From NCBI RefSeq assembly GCF_030144855.1, contig NC_082709.1, forward strand, positions 149,172,001 through 149,236,000: DNA of 64,000 nucleotides, in the 5' to 3' direction. The DNA comes from Hypanus sabinus. Taxonomy: Eukaryota. The position numbers were made by a program, and so were the translations under genes. Shown here piece by piece: positions 61,871-64,000 of the stretch (positions are counted from its first letter, which is position 1; each line of letters starts with the position of its first letter). The notes under the pieces are model-generated. The model made no database searches. It was not told the DNA's origin and saw nothing but the letters and a program-made list of their open reading frames with translations.

Positions 61871-64000
61871 CCATTTTCAGATTTACTTTATTGTCACCAA
61901 ACAATTGATACTAGAGCATACAATTATCACCATCGTCCGCTACTCCTTCTGAAGTCAACAACCAATTCCTTCGTCTTGCTGACGTTGAGGGATGGGTTAC
62001 TGTCTTCACACCATGCTACCAGGTTCTTAATCTCCTCTCTGTACTCAGACTCATCATTACCCAAGATACGGCCTCAACATTTCCAGCATCAACAATTGTG
62101 CCCCCTGGAATATCATACCTGTTACCTTGCACCTCCTCTTGTTTTTCATTTGTTTTATAACGTACTCCTCTCCCACCTAACATATCACAGTATCTTTCCT
62201 CCCTTTCCCCTTTTGCATTCTTCTTTAAAAAACGGAACTAACTTTTCCCAATTTTAAGGACGATGCCTGTTCTGATCGTTTCTAACACTTTTTTATATTT
62301 TGATTTCTTTTTCAGCATCTGCAGTATTTTGCTCTTTAGATTGCTGGGAATATGAACCTAGGGACTTCTATTAAAACAAAATTAATTGTAGAGAAATAGG
62401 GCATATGATGGCATTTACTACACAGGTGAATTTAATTTGGGACAAAGAATGACAGAACATCAGAATATCTGGGCTCTATGTTTCATTATCACTGCATCGG
62501 TGGTATTGGCATAGGGAGCAGAGAGATCCTATAACTGTAAGGATACAAGAAACCATTAACTAAGACAAAAACGTACAAGCCATGGGCAAAGGTCACATAA
62601 TGAAATGTCAAATAATGAGCACTTTCATGAGTGTTCCATTTAAAACTCCAGAATATAGGAACAAGCAATGTGCTGATTGTGATGCCAATATGGATTGTCT
62701 GCATCTTTAAATGACCTCCCTGTTCATGTACCTGGCAAGGCAGCTTTTAACTCTTGCTATTGCTTCTGCTTCCACCAGTTACCCAAATTCCAGGCACCTA
62801 ACTGTATTAAGGACTTGCCTTGTAAATATCCTTTAAAATTTCCCCTCTCCCCTTAGAGCTACTATTAGCTTATAGGGAGGAACTGGGAAATGAAGAGAAG
62901 TGGATTGGTGGGTAAACATCCTGAGTATTTAGAATTGTTTTAAGCAGAATAGGCAACCAATGATATTTCTTTTCACCACTGAGAGACTGGAATAAAACCT
63001 TGCAATTTCCATTGTTTTTTCTTCAAGGATTTAGGAACTGTAAGATTAACCGTAGTTGAAACAAAAATTTAAAAACTTGTAATGTGGTTGTTTTTGTGGA
63101 GAAAATGTTAACTGATATTATAAATAACGATTTTCCTTACATCTTCAGTTTTAGGAGGCAAATTTGCTGGAAACCATGGTACCCGTATCATTTAACTAAC
63201 TTGAAACCACATGAAGCTGATCTTCTGTGACGGTCTTTTCTGGAACATTCTCAGTGACAGAAAGACTGCTTTTGAAGCTGTTGTACATATATCATGCTTA
63301 AAGGAAATTATTCTTGCCTTCAGATTATTAGTAATTAAAGGAAATGCATAGTCTTGTATATTCAATAAACATTTAAATGCTATTCCAAAATTATCAAATT
63401 CCATAGTTAGACACCAGGTTTTAAATGCACTTATGATAGTGTGACAAAAGATATATTAATACATTTGGTTATGTTAATATACATACAAATTTCATTAGTT
63501 CTTCTTTTGGATTGTACTACATTATTGTGCAAAATGTGTGAAGTCTTGAGTTTTTCTCGTATTTATTAAAAATATATCCCAGGAGATTGAAAGACAACTG
63601 GTAAAACATGTTTAACAACTACATTCTGTTTCAAGATTTGATAGCGAACAAGGTCTACGACATGTGTGCCTAACTATTTACACTCTGCAGCTATAGTATG
63701 CATTGCAGCAGTTTGCTAAGCTTTCTTCAGCAGTGTCACATAAGCTTACAGTTTCTATTCGAAACAGAAGGGCAACAAAGGCATACTGTAAGAAGCACAA
63801 CTCTTGCAATTTTTTCTTCAAGTCATGTCATTCTGACTTAGATGTCCATTCCTTTTCATTTGCCTGGTCAACATCCTTGAAATCGTGACTGACACAAGAG
63901 CTAAGTGTAGTGAATGGAGAGGAAAGATGATTGCAGGAAGGACTGAAGAAGGATATGGAAGGAAGAAGAGAGTGAAATAGATTAAAGAAAGTAAAAGAAA

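Noticed and set aside
63640-63900. Possible terminal exon of a minus-strand gene
   Set aside because: An acceptor-like site followed by short open frames with no recognisable protein; cannot be supported within this window

Overview
This is vertebrate genomic DNA. The repeat repertoire (CR1, Rex1/Babar, Penelope, Tc1) and gene content suggest a cartilaginous fish, probably a ray (inference). One intact gene is clear: TRIM45 on the + strand, with six coding exons from 22018 to 43140 splicing to 564 aa. It is flanked by immunoglobulin-superfamily genes that resemble antigen-receptor chains but have V and J already joined in the germline. On the right (+) is an intact split leader plus VJ exon at 49238-49710, followed by degenerate C1-like and TM-like remnants. 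On the left (-) is a leader-VJ-C1-TM pseudogene at about 4150-6576 and a third truncated promoter/leader copy at 1221-1525. Most of the rest is transposon-derived. It includes a young CsRn1-type Gypsy element with an in-frame RT deletion, a class I (epsilon-like) ERV fragment carrying a 2H-phosphoesterase domain between protease and RT, Penelope elements whose pseudo-LTRs carry minimal hammerhead ribozyme motifs, and a three-level CR1 > Penelope > solo-LTR nest. No tRNA, rRNA or CRISPR was seen. Boundaries of old repeats are approximate; family calls rest on motif recognition, not database searches.
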